From: Octopus sinensis
Lineage: Eukaryota
Direction: 5' to 3'
DNA: 64,000 bases
NCBI RefSeq assembly: GCF_006345805.1
Contig: NC_043000.1
Coordinates: 29,698,001-29,762,000, forward strand
Each line of letters starts with the position of its first letter. Position 1 is the first letter of the stretch. Shown piece after piece: positions 11,852-24,884 of the stretch. The position numbers and the translations under genes were made by a program. The notes below the pieces were generated by a model. That model did no database searches and was not told the origin of the DNA. It was given only the letters and a program-made list of their open reading frames with translations.

Positions 11852-11954
11852 TTCTACGCTGAAGAGAAAAGAAGTTTTTGGTACGATAGAATTATTTAAT
11901 ATTTAATTCTTATGCTTTCCTAAAGACTTGATTTCGAAACGTACGTCCGTAGAT
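11852..11954 (+). ncRNA. Type I hammerhead ribozyme (intact core, long stem II)
   Basis: Stem I CTACG (11854-58) / CGTAG (11948-52); core CUGAAGA (11859-65); G10.1 11866 pairs with C11.1 11935, closing a ~70 nt hairpin; GAAA (11936-39); stem III A-CG[UA]CG-U; GUC cleavage triplet ending at C11947. Confidence 0.85.
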
Positions 11955-12438
11955 AACTAAAATTGTATGATAGATTGCCGTCAATTCATTCTCTCTTACC
12001 TGTTTGTGTCTGCCTTCCAATTGTTGTTTTACTGAGATCTCCCTTTTTAGTAGAAGAAATAGCTATAACTCTTTGACTGCTATTCTAAATTCGGTATGTG
12101 TGAGGCAATTCGTTGCTAAACCCTTTATTGCTTAGTATTACTTAAATTTTCCTCGAATGAGGCTTTTACATGCCGAAGACTACTTGGTGTAATTGATAAT
12201 TATTCCAAATTAATTAATTCACCCTTCATTATTACGGATAACCATATTTTATCTCAGTAGATGACCACAGCATCTTGTTTTGGCTACACGCGGGTGGGAA
12301 GGGGCTGGTGACACAATCTTCATTCACACATTGAATTCGGTGATACTAGTTGCGGATTCTAGCTCGCTCTGATACTGAGTTGAGTTGGTGCCTTCTAGTA
12401 TCTCAAAATTCAATATATAATCATTTATGATTATAGTA

Positions 12439-12540
12439 TTCTACGCTGAAGAGAAAAGAAGTTTTTGGTAGGATAGAATTATTTAATATTTAATTCTTAT
12501 GCTTTCCTAAAGACTTGATTTCGAACGTACGTCCGTAGAT
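12439..12540 (+). ncRNA. Second hammerhead copy with one A missing from GAAA
   Basis: Same layout as 11852-11954 but reads CGAACGTACGTC (12522-12533). Confidence 0.65.
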
Positions 12541-12832
12541 AACTTAAAATTGTATGATAGATTGCCGTCAATTCATTCTCTCTTACCTGTTTTGTCTGCC
12601 TTCCAATTGCTGTTTTTACTGAGATCTCCCTTTTTAGCAGAAGAAATAGCTATAACTCTTTGACTGCTATTTCTAAATTCGGTATGATGTGGTGAGGCAA
12701 TTCGTTGCTAAACCCTTTATTGCTTAGTATACTTAAATTTTCCTCGAATGAGGCTTTTACATGCCGAAGACTACTTGGTGTAATGATAATGTTCCAAATT
12801 AATTAATTTCACCCTTCATTATTACGGATAAC

Positions 12833-12866
<34 letters not shown>

Positions 12867-13100
12867 ATATTAGGGAGAATTCCTGGAACTCTTCTTTACA
12901 CTTCTTAACGAAATCATAACGATGTTTTGAGAAATTTGAAAAGTTAAACACGAAGCAGGTAATTTCTTCAAAAACTATGTCACTGTATGAAAAAAATTTA
13001 TAACATTCTTCTGACATGATGACTCAATATATATTTTTTAACCTTTTAAAACAAGCCTTCTGTAGTTTTTCACTTTTTACTATTCTCTCTCTCTCTATAT

Positions 13101-13172
<72 letters not shown>

Positions 13173-13883
13173 ATATATATATATTTAGGTAAGTCATAAA
13201 GGATTTCTCCAAACGTTTACCGTTTTACTCGCAATTAAGTTTGCAAAAGTTTGTTAATTTCAACGCTTAGTATGTGAATTCTGTTATAATTCTCAGTTAA
13301 GAATTCAGATATATATTACATTGTTTTATTTTCCAAATAGATAACTTTTAATCACATAGGTTTCCTGGAGTCTTTATTAAAAATTATAATAAAGAATATG
13401 AGGAAGTAGCATTTCATGAATTTTAATTTGAATAGAGCTTAATATTAACCTACATATGTTTCTACTACATCGGTATGTAAATGTTGCGATTACAATTCTT
13501 CTATAACACCGGTGTAATTTCCTCAGGGTTTTCACTGTAATATCCTTTCAGATTAAGTGGTTAGAATTTTATATTAATTTTAGTATTGCGTTAAATCAAA
13601 TGGTGTTGAATGTTAATCGCAATGCGAACATTATTTTGAACTCCATGTATCGATTGTATGATAATCACGTGTTTGTTTCGTAGAGTCACTTATTTTTAAA
13701 TATTTCGTTCGATGTAATATATTATCGCTGTTTCATTATTTATAACTGATGTATATTGTTTAAAGGTTCATTTGTTTTCCTATGGAAGCATCTTAAATCC
13801 CTGAACAAACTACACCGGTATTATAGCAAAATTGCAATTCGATAAAATTATTTTCTAACCATAGAATGACAATGACCAGGTAA

Positions 13884-13900
13884 CGTTGCTGCTGCTGCTG

Positions 13901-13989
<89 letters not shown>

Positions 13990-14028
13990 GCTACTGCTGC
14001 TACTGCTGCTGCTGCTGCAACTACTATA

Positions 14029-14080
<52 letters not shown>
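13884..14080. repeat. (GCT)n/(ACT)n trinucleotide tract followed by (TA)n
   Basis: Direct reading. Confidence 0.95.
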
Positions 14081-14081
<1 letters not shown>

Positions 14082-14279
14082 TGTATTAGTTCTCTTTTGT
14101 ACAGTTACGACTGCTACGACTGAATTTACGCAATTTACCACAATCGTGGACTGTGCGTAGAGAACAAATGGTATTACTGCATGTTGTGCTGACACATACG
14201 CACACACACATACAAACACATACACACACTCACACACACACGCACACACACACACACGCACACACATACATAGAAATGT

Positions 14280-14790
14280 ATATTAGATATTTATATATAT
14301 ATATTATATATGTATTATATATATATATATGTACATCCCGCCTAACACTCTATGCATGTATACATATTATACATACATATATATATATATATTATATATA
14401 CATTATATATATATTATATATATATGCTATACATGTATTATATGTATACTTTTCATATATTATATATATATATATATTATGCATATATATTATATATATA
14501 TAATATATATATAATATATATATACATATACATTATATATATATTATATATATAACATTATATATATATATTATATGTATTATATGTATTATATATATAT
14601 ATGTACATCACACCTAACACTCTATACATATTATATATATATTATATATACATTATATGTATATAGTATATATATATATTATATACATATATATATTATA
14701 CATATATATTATATATATACATTATATATATACATTATATATATAATATGTATATATACTAAGAGCGAGTGAGAGAGATGTATATATATA
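14280..14790. repeat. TA-rich low-complexity block with an internal ~270 bp duplication
   Basis: GTACATC.C.CCTAACACTCTAT occurs at ~14331 and ~14602. Confidence 0.8.
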
Positions 14791-15869
14791 TATATGTGTG
14801 TGGTGTGTGTGTGTGTGTGTGTGTGCGTGCGTGTGTGTGTGTTTGTGTGTGTAATTGTAGGAAGCCAATTCAAAATTCATGTGTTAGACTGTTGTAGTTT
14901 TAATATCCCTCTATACAGTATTTAATTAGCGATTGCTTTGTTATGCGTTAGTATATCGTAGATGACAGAAATTAATGGAATCGATTTAATCTTTCATTAC
15001 TCCACTAAATCCTAGCAGTATAAATTTGTTTAGAGATCGATTCATTTGACTACTTCGCCTCCTTGTCTAATGACAAAATAAATAAATAAATAAATAAAAT
15101 CGGTGACTCATTTCCTTAACAATCGCTGTGTAATTAAGGAATTTTGTCTCATTACTTTTTTGTGCCGATTAAAATTTTTTTAATGTCTTTAGGTCACGAT
15201 AGAAGTGATAGTACCACTTGCTTGTTGAAACAATTCTGTAGGCCTCCTAACAATTATGAATCATTTTAAACGGATCCACGTTGTCGAAAGAATTATTTCT
15301 GACAGAGTGTTTGATATAGTCTAATATTTACCGCTTGGGATTTTTTGACGAAGTATGTGCGTTATATTAGTATTCATCAGATATATTGTTTATAGCTAGA
15401 ACACTAAATACTTTATGGCTTATCCATCGGACGAGCAATAGGGATTGATCACGTACATCTTAACGTTGTCATGAGAAAGATGAACTGTGGAATTTATGAA
15501 GTTTGCTTGAATCATTGGCAGGGTCGATGTAAACACACATTTCTCTGGCGCATTTTTCTGAGGTTAAGCATTTGCCCATTGTTAGAAGCTTTCTTTATTT
15601 CCCATCTCATTCATCAGTCTACTTCTGTATGATTTATATAACTTCTCTAGAACATGACCTGATCTCTTCATGAACCAGGAGCGAATTTCCGATACTTGGC
15701 CTTCCAAAGAGGAAAGATGCTGAAGAGCTGAAACTGTAGTAATTAATACGGGCCTTGAGAGGGTTAGAGAGAAAATGAGTAGCGATATGAAATGAACACT
15801 CAACAGGGTGTGAGTCGATCGCCATGCTTGACTGCTAAATCTACAAGTTTTTTTTTTCATTCTCTCTCT

Positions 15870-16020
15870 GTTTATTTTCTCTTATTCCTTTCTGTTGAAG
15901 AGCGTAGGCTCGAAACGTAAAAGACTTTTTCATTTTCCCGAGCGTCAAACTAATACACTTGTTTGTTGTTCATACATCAGTCTTTATCTTTTGTTTTTCT
16001 ACAAATTTCAGCCAATATAA
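15870..16020 (+). mobile_element. Penelope-like 3' fragment with minimal hammerhead-like motif
   Basis: CTTT(15888)-CTGTTGA-A-GAGC-GTAG-GCTC-GAAA-CG-TA-AAAG(15923); downstream sequence matches 11630-11700 and 58620-58710. Confidence 0.6.
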
Positions 16021-16839
16021 ATCTAGTCCGCTCCTAAGAGCAGATTAAGAGCAGACACCACCGTAGATGGAGTAGAAAGATGTTGATTGATGAAGCAAAA
16101 TACGTGAGCGAACGACTTCGTTGAACGTCTTCAAACTAATTTGTTGGCCGATTTGTAAATGAGCGAGTTTCTTTGTAGTTGCTAAAGCTTCTCATGTGTA
16201 AACATGATTCCATCGCGGTGGCGTTAATCAATTTTGAGGACATTACTCCATTATGAAGTGTGTGTGTGTGGACTCTAATTGTGTCCTAATTATCCCCCGG
16301 TATTAGTATAATTCATTTGTGGACGTATTATTCTAGTGCGCGGAGCGAATATCCAACAATTTTTATAGCTTAATAGCTTGGGTTCCACTCATCTACAAAA
16401 CTTGACATTCGCAACAAAACGCCTCTAGCGCAGTTTACGTAGACATTCTTTAAATATTCAAGGTCGCCAATAATTTAAGTTCATTATTATATTTTAAATG
16501 TTAAAAAAATATTTAAAATCGATGGAAAATTACTACTACAGTAGCCACATGGGTTTATTTCAGGAATACTTTATCTTAATATTCATATCTTGAAAGAACT
16601 AAGAAAGGCAATTGAAATGGCTTCAAGTGGAAATCGTTTCCAGACCGATTAATTTTGTTGTCCGAGAAAATGAGAAATAATCTTTGGTGTTCAACGTTAT
16701 CATCGTAAGTTTTGCAAATTAAACATATCTTGAGAGAAAGAGGTAATCTCTTGAGGCTCTTCAATATCAATACAATTTAGCAGAAAATTACTTGTACTTA
16801 ATGGTATAGTAGAATGAACACACAACACACACACACACA

Positions 16840-16909
<70 letters not shown>

Positions 16910-16953
16910 TCTCTCTCGCTCTCTCTCTCTTTCTATGTGTGTGTAAATATATA

Positions 16954-17828
16954 TCAGTTTGGTAAGAAAGTTCTTGGACACATTTAACATATCGCTTTAT
17001 TAGCAATTAAAAATAACAACAAAGAACAATGAATCCAAAAGGTATTCCCCCTCGTTATCGATCACCTTTTGTTATCTTTCAGGCAAAGTTTTGAATCCTT
17101 TCATCCAGAAATCGAGGGGGTTTGAATCAATAAAGTCATAAACGAACGATTTCACATCTTCGTTTTCTAACTCTGTATCGCCAATCGCGCGTTGCAAGGC
17201 AGAAAATAATTGGTAGTCAGGAGGGGGAAAGGTCAGGAGAATACGGTGGGGGGTGCCATCATCTCCCAGCCCGCCTCCTTCAGCTTCTCTGACGTCTTCT
17301 TTGCTGGTGTTTTGTCTTGGTGGTAAATTATCTTCAAATTTGAGCGTTTTTCGGCCAGCGCGATCTTTTGACGGTCCATTTGTTCGTAGTAGACATCCTC
17401 GTCAATGGTAGTATTGCGTGGGAGAAGACCTAAAATGATCACGCTACGGCAATCCCACCAAACTGAGATCATAAACCTCTTTTTGCACAAGCGGTCCTTC
17501 TGGCGAAGATTTTGGCTATTGACCCTTGCTACACCAGGATCGTCTGCACCTCACGTTGGAGTACAGTACCCCCTTTTCATCCATAGTGATTACTGACTCC
17601 AACCAATCGAACCTTCGGCTTCGCCAGAGCAGACTTTGACATGCAGTGAGACGTGCTTGTTTGTTCGAGTCAGTCAATTCATGTGGCACCCATTTTTCAA
17701 GCTTGCGACCTTGCCTAGACGATGCAGGTGGTCTTTATATAGCTGGTTGCTCCTGACTGGTCAGCGACGCTGATTGGTTGCGGGATTGAAGGCAGCTCGG
17801 TTGTCCAAGAACTTTCTTACCAATGTAA
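16954..17828 (-). mobile_element. Internally deleted mariner (DD34D) transposon with transposase pseudogene
   Basis: 27 bp TIRs (perfect 22 bp core TTGGTAAGAAAGTTCTTGGACA at 16959-80 and, in reverse, 17802-23) flanked by TA. The minus strand gives WVPHEL, ITMDEK, MISVWWD, YHQD and YSPDLSPSDY, with frameshifts and a stop. Confidence 0.95.
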
Positions 17829-18086
17829 TATATATATATGGTATAAATAATATATAAATATATGCATATATACATACATATATGTATATACCTACATTCA
17901 TAAGAGGCAACTACCTCGAAACTAGTCTGTCGATGACAGACCAGCAATGGAAATCTGCTGACCTGCCCCCTGTTCGAAGGTTATAATGGACACAGGTTTG
18001 TGTGTCACATAGCTAGCTAGAGGTGATGGCCTCTCGGAGCTAATCAACGACAGCATTTGTGCCATGTTAGCTTGGCGATAACTATT

Positions 18087-18202
<116 letters not shown>

Positions 18203-19297
18203 ATGTTTTACATTAGAAAATAAGTACTTAACTCAAGCCGACATTGTATTTTGCTACTTTCAACATGTATCTAATACTACATATCGCAATGAACAAACAA
18301 GTATTTCAAATTTAATGCATTCAACATCATAACACCATATGAAATTGACGATGTTGAGAATACTAGAATCACTTTTGTTTATTTCTGTTTCCTCGGTCTA
18401 ACGCCACTTTACATTTATCCTTTCGCGTTCTACACGAAAAACAAATTCAAATTTCTCATTACTCAATCAAACAAATTTAGATATGGAAGAGACTAAACGA
18501 ACCAACCCACAAAATATTGTAGCATTTATTTTACGGACAGAGCGGTGGTATGACATATCGTTAAAACATCGGACATTACAATGCATTGTGGGATTTGTTC
18601 GGGTTCCTTTCGTCCTGAATGTAGACCCTACCAAAGTGATATTGAAAGGATAAGAACTGCCAAAGTTTTTATCGCAATGGGCAAAATGCATCGCTGGTAA
18701 ACCTTGGGCATAATTTGGTTGTGATGACATGGGGAGTGGTGGGGTGTGTGATTTGGTGCATGAGGAATTCCCTTTTGTCTATAAATTTCTTTTCTCGGGC
18801 CTTCATACTATTTAAGACTGGAATATTCCAGGTGCAGATACTTAGTGAAACGTAGTCAGTCGAGGCTTTTAATTAGATATCATCGATTCTAAAAAGTTGT
18901 ATAACAATGTTTATCCTGGTTCGATTCGAAATTCTGGACGTCGAGAGACAGAACTGAATATTGTAAACATTTTTATCTCATTTACTTCTAACATTAACAG
19001 CAACTTGAAGGAATCGCTACGAGGAAACTTGAGCTGATAAATGGCAACCGACATCTCCTTCATATTTTGTACAATGACAGGATGCATTTTATGATACTGT
19101 CCTATATATTCTCCCAGAAGACGTGTTGACTAAAAAGCTTTTGGTTTTAGGATTACTTGATAAGAGAAATGCTGGGATTAAGCAACAATAAAATCTTACT
19201 ATGCATTATAAACTAATGAAAGAACTTTGATTTGTCTCTCGATCTTACTGCCTTAACAACCGGTTTCTTCCTGAAAACAACCAACTTGTGAGAGCAG

Positions 19298-19625
19298 TTT
19301 ATTTCAGATATTTTCATTTTAAAAATCTTCTCCGCTTAATCGTTGAGAAGACATTGGTGTTGCCTTGGCGGAGGTTTGCGCTCTCTAAGTGCTCTTGTTT
19401 CTCATTTAAATATAAGTTCGAAAGCTGAGTCAGCGGGAAGGAGTTCCAACAGGATGAAATCTCCAAGTGAATTAAATACAAAATTCTCCGATATCCAAGG
19501 TGCTAAAGTTTGTCGGCAGAAGATCAACCAAGAGCCATGACCTGAATGTGACGCGGACAATTTGGAGTGTAAGAAGTTAAAGGCTGAAACATCTGCCTAA
19601 GTGGGCTTTCTTTTTTGAAGACCTT
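19298..19625 (+). repeat. Direct duplicate of 20784-21088 (HINE-like 3' end plus flank)
   Basis: Shares TTTATTTCAGATATTTTCATTTTAAAAATC...GCCTTGGC(G/A)GAGGTTTGCGCTCT...CCTGAATGTGACGCGGACA...GAAACATCTGCCTAAGT. Confidence 0.85.
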
Positions 19626-20254
19626 TTAAGAAAGGAAAACTGGGTAAGGATGCAACAATATTTCTAAAATAAAGGGAAAGACATGAACTGTGGTTGGAAC
19701 CCCTTAAATTAAGGGTCCCCTCTATCACCTGGTATTAAACAAAAACAACACCAACACGACCTGCTGTTGCAAATACTACTACTACTACTACTACTACTAC
19801 TTGACTCTCATGCTCTGTGGTACCTCATATGCTTACTTAGGGCTCAGAAACGACCAAGGCTAGTTTATTAAGGAAGGACATACTCAAGCGAAATGCCCCA
19901 TATTACCAGAATGCATTATGTCAACCCAGAAATAGGAGAAGCAGTCGTAGATTCTTTAACAGTTACCGTCTTTAGTTGGGCCCCTAAGGAACTCTATATG
20001 TGCTTGAACCTCTTAGAAATAGTAGCCAAATGTCCGTCAAATTAAACATAACCATTCTGAATACAAGATGCATTGGATAAAATAGTCCTAAGTAAGGTTT
20101 GAGAATATAGGAGGGGTTGTCATGATTGGAATAGCTTTGCTCATAGGTATTCCTCGTCATGGGTGAACTTGGCTAAACCACATCAGGAGCTCCATGACCA
20201 ACATCAACAACTACAGTAACAACAACGACAGCTTTATCTCACTACCAGTATATC

Positions 20255-20886
20255 ACTCCAATCAATTATTTCGAGTAATTACATTCAGAAATTCGTTTGA
20301 AAGCGAAATCGTATTGTAAGCAAAAGGGAAGTAACTCTGTGACATTGTGATGGCGTTAGTCGTGTTTGTTTGACCACGAACAAAATAACTCAAAAACCGC
20401 TGGATAGATTCGGATGAAACTTTCAGGGATGTTTGGCCTCGTGACTGGCACAAACTAATTAAATTTTGGGATCGATCTGGCACCGGACAATGATTCTGGA
20501 TTATTTGTTATATTTACTCTACACGATTTCGATCTTACGTTAACTTTCAAGTCTGTAGCTATTTTGAATGGTGAATTTGTTAACTTTGGTTTGTATCAGA
20601 TACGGATAAACTATTTATTACTGTTACTAAACTTTCTGCAGCCACCTTCTTATTCCATGACTACCATTGGGATCGATCCGGTACCGAACAAAGATTCTGG
20701 ATGATTTTTTCCTGTTTATTTTAATTAATTTTTGAGAGCGGTCGGGTTCGTTTCTAGTATTTTCGTTTGTGAGATCAGTTAAGTTTATTTCAGATATTTT
20801 CATTTTAAAAATCATCTCTGGCTAATCGTTGAGAGGACGTTAGTGTTGCCTTGGCAGAGGTTTGCGCTCTCCGAGTGCTCTAGTTT
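20255..20886 (+). mobile_element. Non-autonomous Helentron/DINE-1-like (HINE) element
   Basis: Internal ACCGCTGGATAGATTCGGATGAAACTTTCAGG, an internal repeat GGGATCGATC.GG.ACCG..CAA.GATTCTGGA, and a 3' end CCTTGGCAGAGGTTTGCGCTCTCCGAGTGCTCTAGT. The 5' end is uncertain. Class assigned from recalled terminal structure. Confidence 0.6.
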
Positions 20887-21439
20887 AAGTATAAATTTGA
20901 AAGCTGGGTCAACGGAAAGGAGTTCCGACAGGATGAAATCTCCAAATACACAAGTCTCCAATGTGATAAATTTTGTCAGCAGAAGGGCACGCGAGAGTCA
21001 CGACCTGAATGTGACGCGGACACTTCAGAGTGTAAGAAGTTAAAGGCTGAAACATCTGCCTAAGTAGGTTTTCTTCTTTGAAGACCTTCTGCCGTTCAGC
21101 TCTCTTGAGAGTTTCTTCCATGGAATTCACTAATAACTATTCCAGTTAATTCATTATCAAATGAATATAGAATAACTAAGGTGTGAGAAACAATATCAGA
21201 AGGTGGTGTTTATTCTTATCATCCAGTTTAATCTCTCTACATTCCGAGTTCAAATCTCTCTTGAGACTTCTTTGTGGCTTTGTGCCAGATCAATAAGAAA
21301 TCAATATTATTCATTTAAGCTTCAAATAATTTAAAAGTTAAATGAGGTACCAATCATTATCGATTGCAACCATTCTATTTTAGATTTCAGCATCGCCATT
21401 TTTATTTGCTTCAATATACAACGTGTGAATCTCTCTTTC

Positions 21440-21640
<201 letters not shown>

Positions 21641-22039
21641 ACCAAGATGGAGGAAGGTCAGAAGTGGTCAAGAAGGAGGGGAAATATTTTATCTACGTCC
21701 ATTAATTGAATACTGTTTGGTTTTCGATGGTCAGTTGTCTTTCTTCGTTTTGAGGTCACTAAAATGGATAGATGTTTAAGGAAATGTCCATGAGTGGACG
21801 TGACAGTGAATTAGGAAAACTGAAAAAAAAAATATTTAGGGACGAACTCTGCTTGAAACCAAAATAGTTGCATGAGTACCGAATTGTTAAATGCCAAGAG
21901 CAGCATACTTTAAATTAATTACAGTACAGAGAGGAAAACATCGGCAGTTTTATTTGATAACCTCTTAAATCTTTACGTGTCCAAATCATTTTCATGAGTT
22001 TATCCTAAACGTCAATATTTGTTACCCACACTTTTAATT

Positions 22040-22560
22040 AGCCATTGTTTAGTACTTTCCCTGTAATACAAAGCTTTCCTTCCGTAAATTCAAATTTATT
22101 CTGGTGGTTGAAACAAAATGGTAATTTGTATCACATACGATGCATGGCTGCCAGGGAAATATGTCCAGAGTACCACATGTGATGGACAGGACAGGCGAAG
22201 GGTTAAATAGTAGTCTTCATTAGAAATATTAAGTTAACGAAGACTGGGTCATGTGATACAGTTGCTTTAGATTGCTACCAGTAATATCAATAACTTGGAT
22301 TAATGCCTTCCTGGAAGCCTTCTTTAAATTCAATTAGGTTAAATGAGTAGAGAAAAGCAAAAAAAAAAGTAATACAACAAAACACCAAAAGAAAAAAAAC
22401 ATGATGCAGGATAAAATGTATATGAATATAAAGAAACCATTATCGCTATAGAATTGAATAAAATTGTATCTCAACAAACTTAATAAAATTGTTTGCCGAC
22501 ATTATTCACTATTGTAATTGTAATTATGGCCAGCCAAAAATCTATTAGTGAAATGTAAAT
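22040..22560 (-). pseudogene. Decayed nAChR-like fragment paralogous to 40560-41830
   Basis: Nucleotide paralogy is seen directly (e.g. GGGTTAAATAGTAGTCTTC; AAAATTGTTTGC.GACATTATTCA). Minus frames give PF.C..HMWYSGHISL and IQFYSDNGFFIFI, weakly Cys-loop/loop B and M1-like. Confidence 0.35.
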
Positions 22561-23507
22561 TAAGTATGGTAAAGCTGAATATAAATTATTTCTCATTTGA
22601 AAGTTCAATAACAAAATCTCTTTTACGCTGTTTCTTTTTTGTGGTTTTCCATAATCTTCACAGCCACCCTTAATATATTTTGTAGTTGTAACCTTTATTG
22701 ATTGCCGATGCTTTCCCATAAACCATTATAAACTACCTCGATTCTATTTGTTCGAATCTACCTTCTCCATCCAATGGATCACTACCCATTCAATCGTTAT
22801 TCAGCGTCGTTGTCGCTGTCTTTATCGACTTAATTCTTAATGCTGTTCCACGTCTATCTATCTATAAGAGGGTTCTTATATACTTACATCAATGACTTTT
22901 ATCTGACCTCTATTCACATTCATGATTTCAGCGAATAATTGATATTGAAAGGAAAAGAAAAGACGGAAAAGTCCTTAATGTCTCTAGTATTTATTTCCAT
23001 TTCGCTGTTTGATTAGCTTTTTTGATATTATATTTTATACGTTTCTCTTTCTTATTTTCATCAGATAAAACTGATTTCTATCGATCTAGTGTTCCTATAA
23101 GTTAGAAACCTATTTATGAAACGATTTATTACACACCACACACATTTTTTCGTTTTCTCAATTCATACAATTTGATAAAACATTAAAAATTCTTTCTACT
23201 TTGTATTTTCCATTTTTCTCTTGGCGGCCATTTTTCCCGCTGAAATTTGATTTTCCTAAAAAAAAAATGCTACAGCATACAGAGAGCTGAAGAATATTTT
23301 AAATATATTCACCAATGTTTCAATTATTTTTGTTTTACATATTTTATAGAAACTGAATCCTGTCTAATATTGATGGCTGAAAATGTATTTTCACTGTGTA
23401 TATAACCGACCTGTTCCATGAGCTTCAGTTTTGGTTCACGGTCTTGTCACGAAAGAGTTTAATACTACCGTCATATAGACACATTCATTATTCACACTTA
23501 CACTCAC

Positions 23508-23552
<45 letters not shown>

Positions 23553-23631
23553 AACACATTTATGTATACATATTTATGCATGCATGTGTGCATATATATG
23601 TGTATGTATGTATCTCTCTCTCTCTCTCTCG

Positions 23632-23674
<43 letters not shown>

Positions 23675-23696
23675 CATATAGGGAGCTATTTGGATT

Positions 23697-23717
23697 GATA
23701 GATAGATAGATAAATAA

Positions 23718-23810
<93 letters not shown>
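23697..23810. repeat. (GATA)n then (GA)n microsatellite
   Basis: Direct reading. Confidence 0.95.
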
Positions 23811-23813
<3 letters not shown>

Positions 23814-24645
23814 AATCCAACAAATAAATCGAGGGAAAGAAACAATGTTAGTGAAGTGGATGTACTTAGTAAATATATCAGACTGAAGCTCAGTGACTGC
23901 TTTAGATGGAAAAATAGGAGTAGAAACATTTCGAGCATGGCTCTTTGTCGGAAACAGTGTAAAAAGAAAAAGAAGCAGATCGTCTGGGGAAAAGCCTGTG
24001 CGTCGTTACGCCGCCAAAATTTTTATATGTGTATAAGGATCTCTGCGTTCAGTGTTCAGTGTTCAGCTATTGGAATAACTGGATTACCTCCTCCTGAATT
24101 AAGGTGTAACGTGCTGAGCATTCCACAATTCCACAGACACGTGTGCCGTTAAACATAATCCTAAAGCCGAGTCATTGTGGAAAAGCTGCATCCTTTTGAA
24201 TTACAAGTAAAATCCATTAGACAGGCTTCTATACAGTTTCCATGTTTTCAATTTCATTCAGAATGTACGAGTTGATCCAGGGCAATAGAAAATGTCTTTT
24301 GATGAACATGCCATGTAAGGAAATCCACCTCGAGACCTTCTGGTTCGGAAGAAACTTTGACTTTTCCAACATACAGTGCCTGCACGCATGCGCGCGCATT
24401 TTAATTTTATGTCTATTAGTTGCATTGGCATGGCTGTTCGGTTTGGTTCTCCGATTCGAATGCAGAGTTTTCTAAACTACGTTCTTGGGTGAAGCAATGC
24501 CTTTGAAGAATGGCATTGGGTATCAGAGATTATTGAGAATGTCTGTGTGTAGGAAGATATTTGTCTATCTATATATCTACCGATCTATCGCGCTAGCTCA
24601 CTCTGTGTGAGTGTATATATATATATATGTATATACATATGTACA

Positions 24646-24718
<73 letters not shown>

Positions 24719-24840
24719 CATATATACATACGTGCACACACATATATATATATATATAAAGATATAGATAAACAATTAGATAGGTAGATAGATAAAGTGA
24801 CAGAAATTAAGTTTATATAATATATATATATATGGAAATA

Positions 24841-24884
<44 letters not shown>

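Larger units (their letters stand above)
11734..12832 (+). repeat. 587 bp tandem repeat (about 1.9 copies) carrying hammerhead ribozymes; retrozyme / Penelope pLTR-like
   Basis: CATTCACACATTGAATTCGG starts at 11734 and 12321; the copies are near-identical; (TA)n lies on both sides. Confidence 0.93.

Noticed and set aside
15712-15745. CTGAAGA-GCT-GAAA-CTGTAG-TA hammerhead-like string
   Set aside because: Stem II cannot form and stem I does not pair.
23030-23070. Minus-strand CTGATGA...GAAACGTA
   Set aside because: No stem II hairpin and stem I is out of register; at best an unrecognisable relic.
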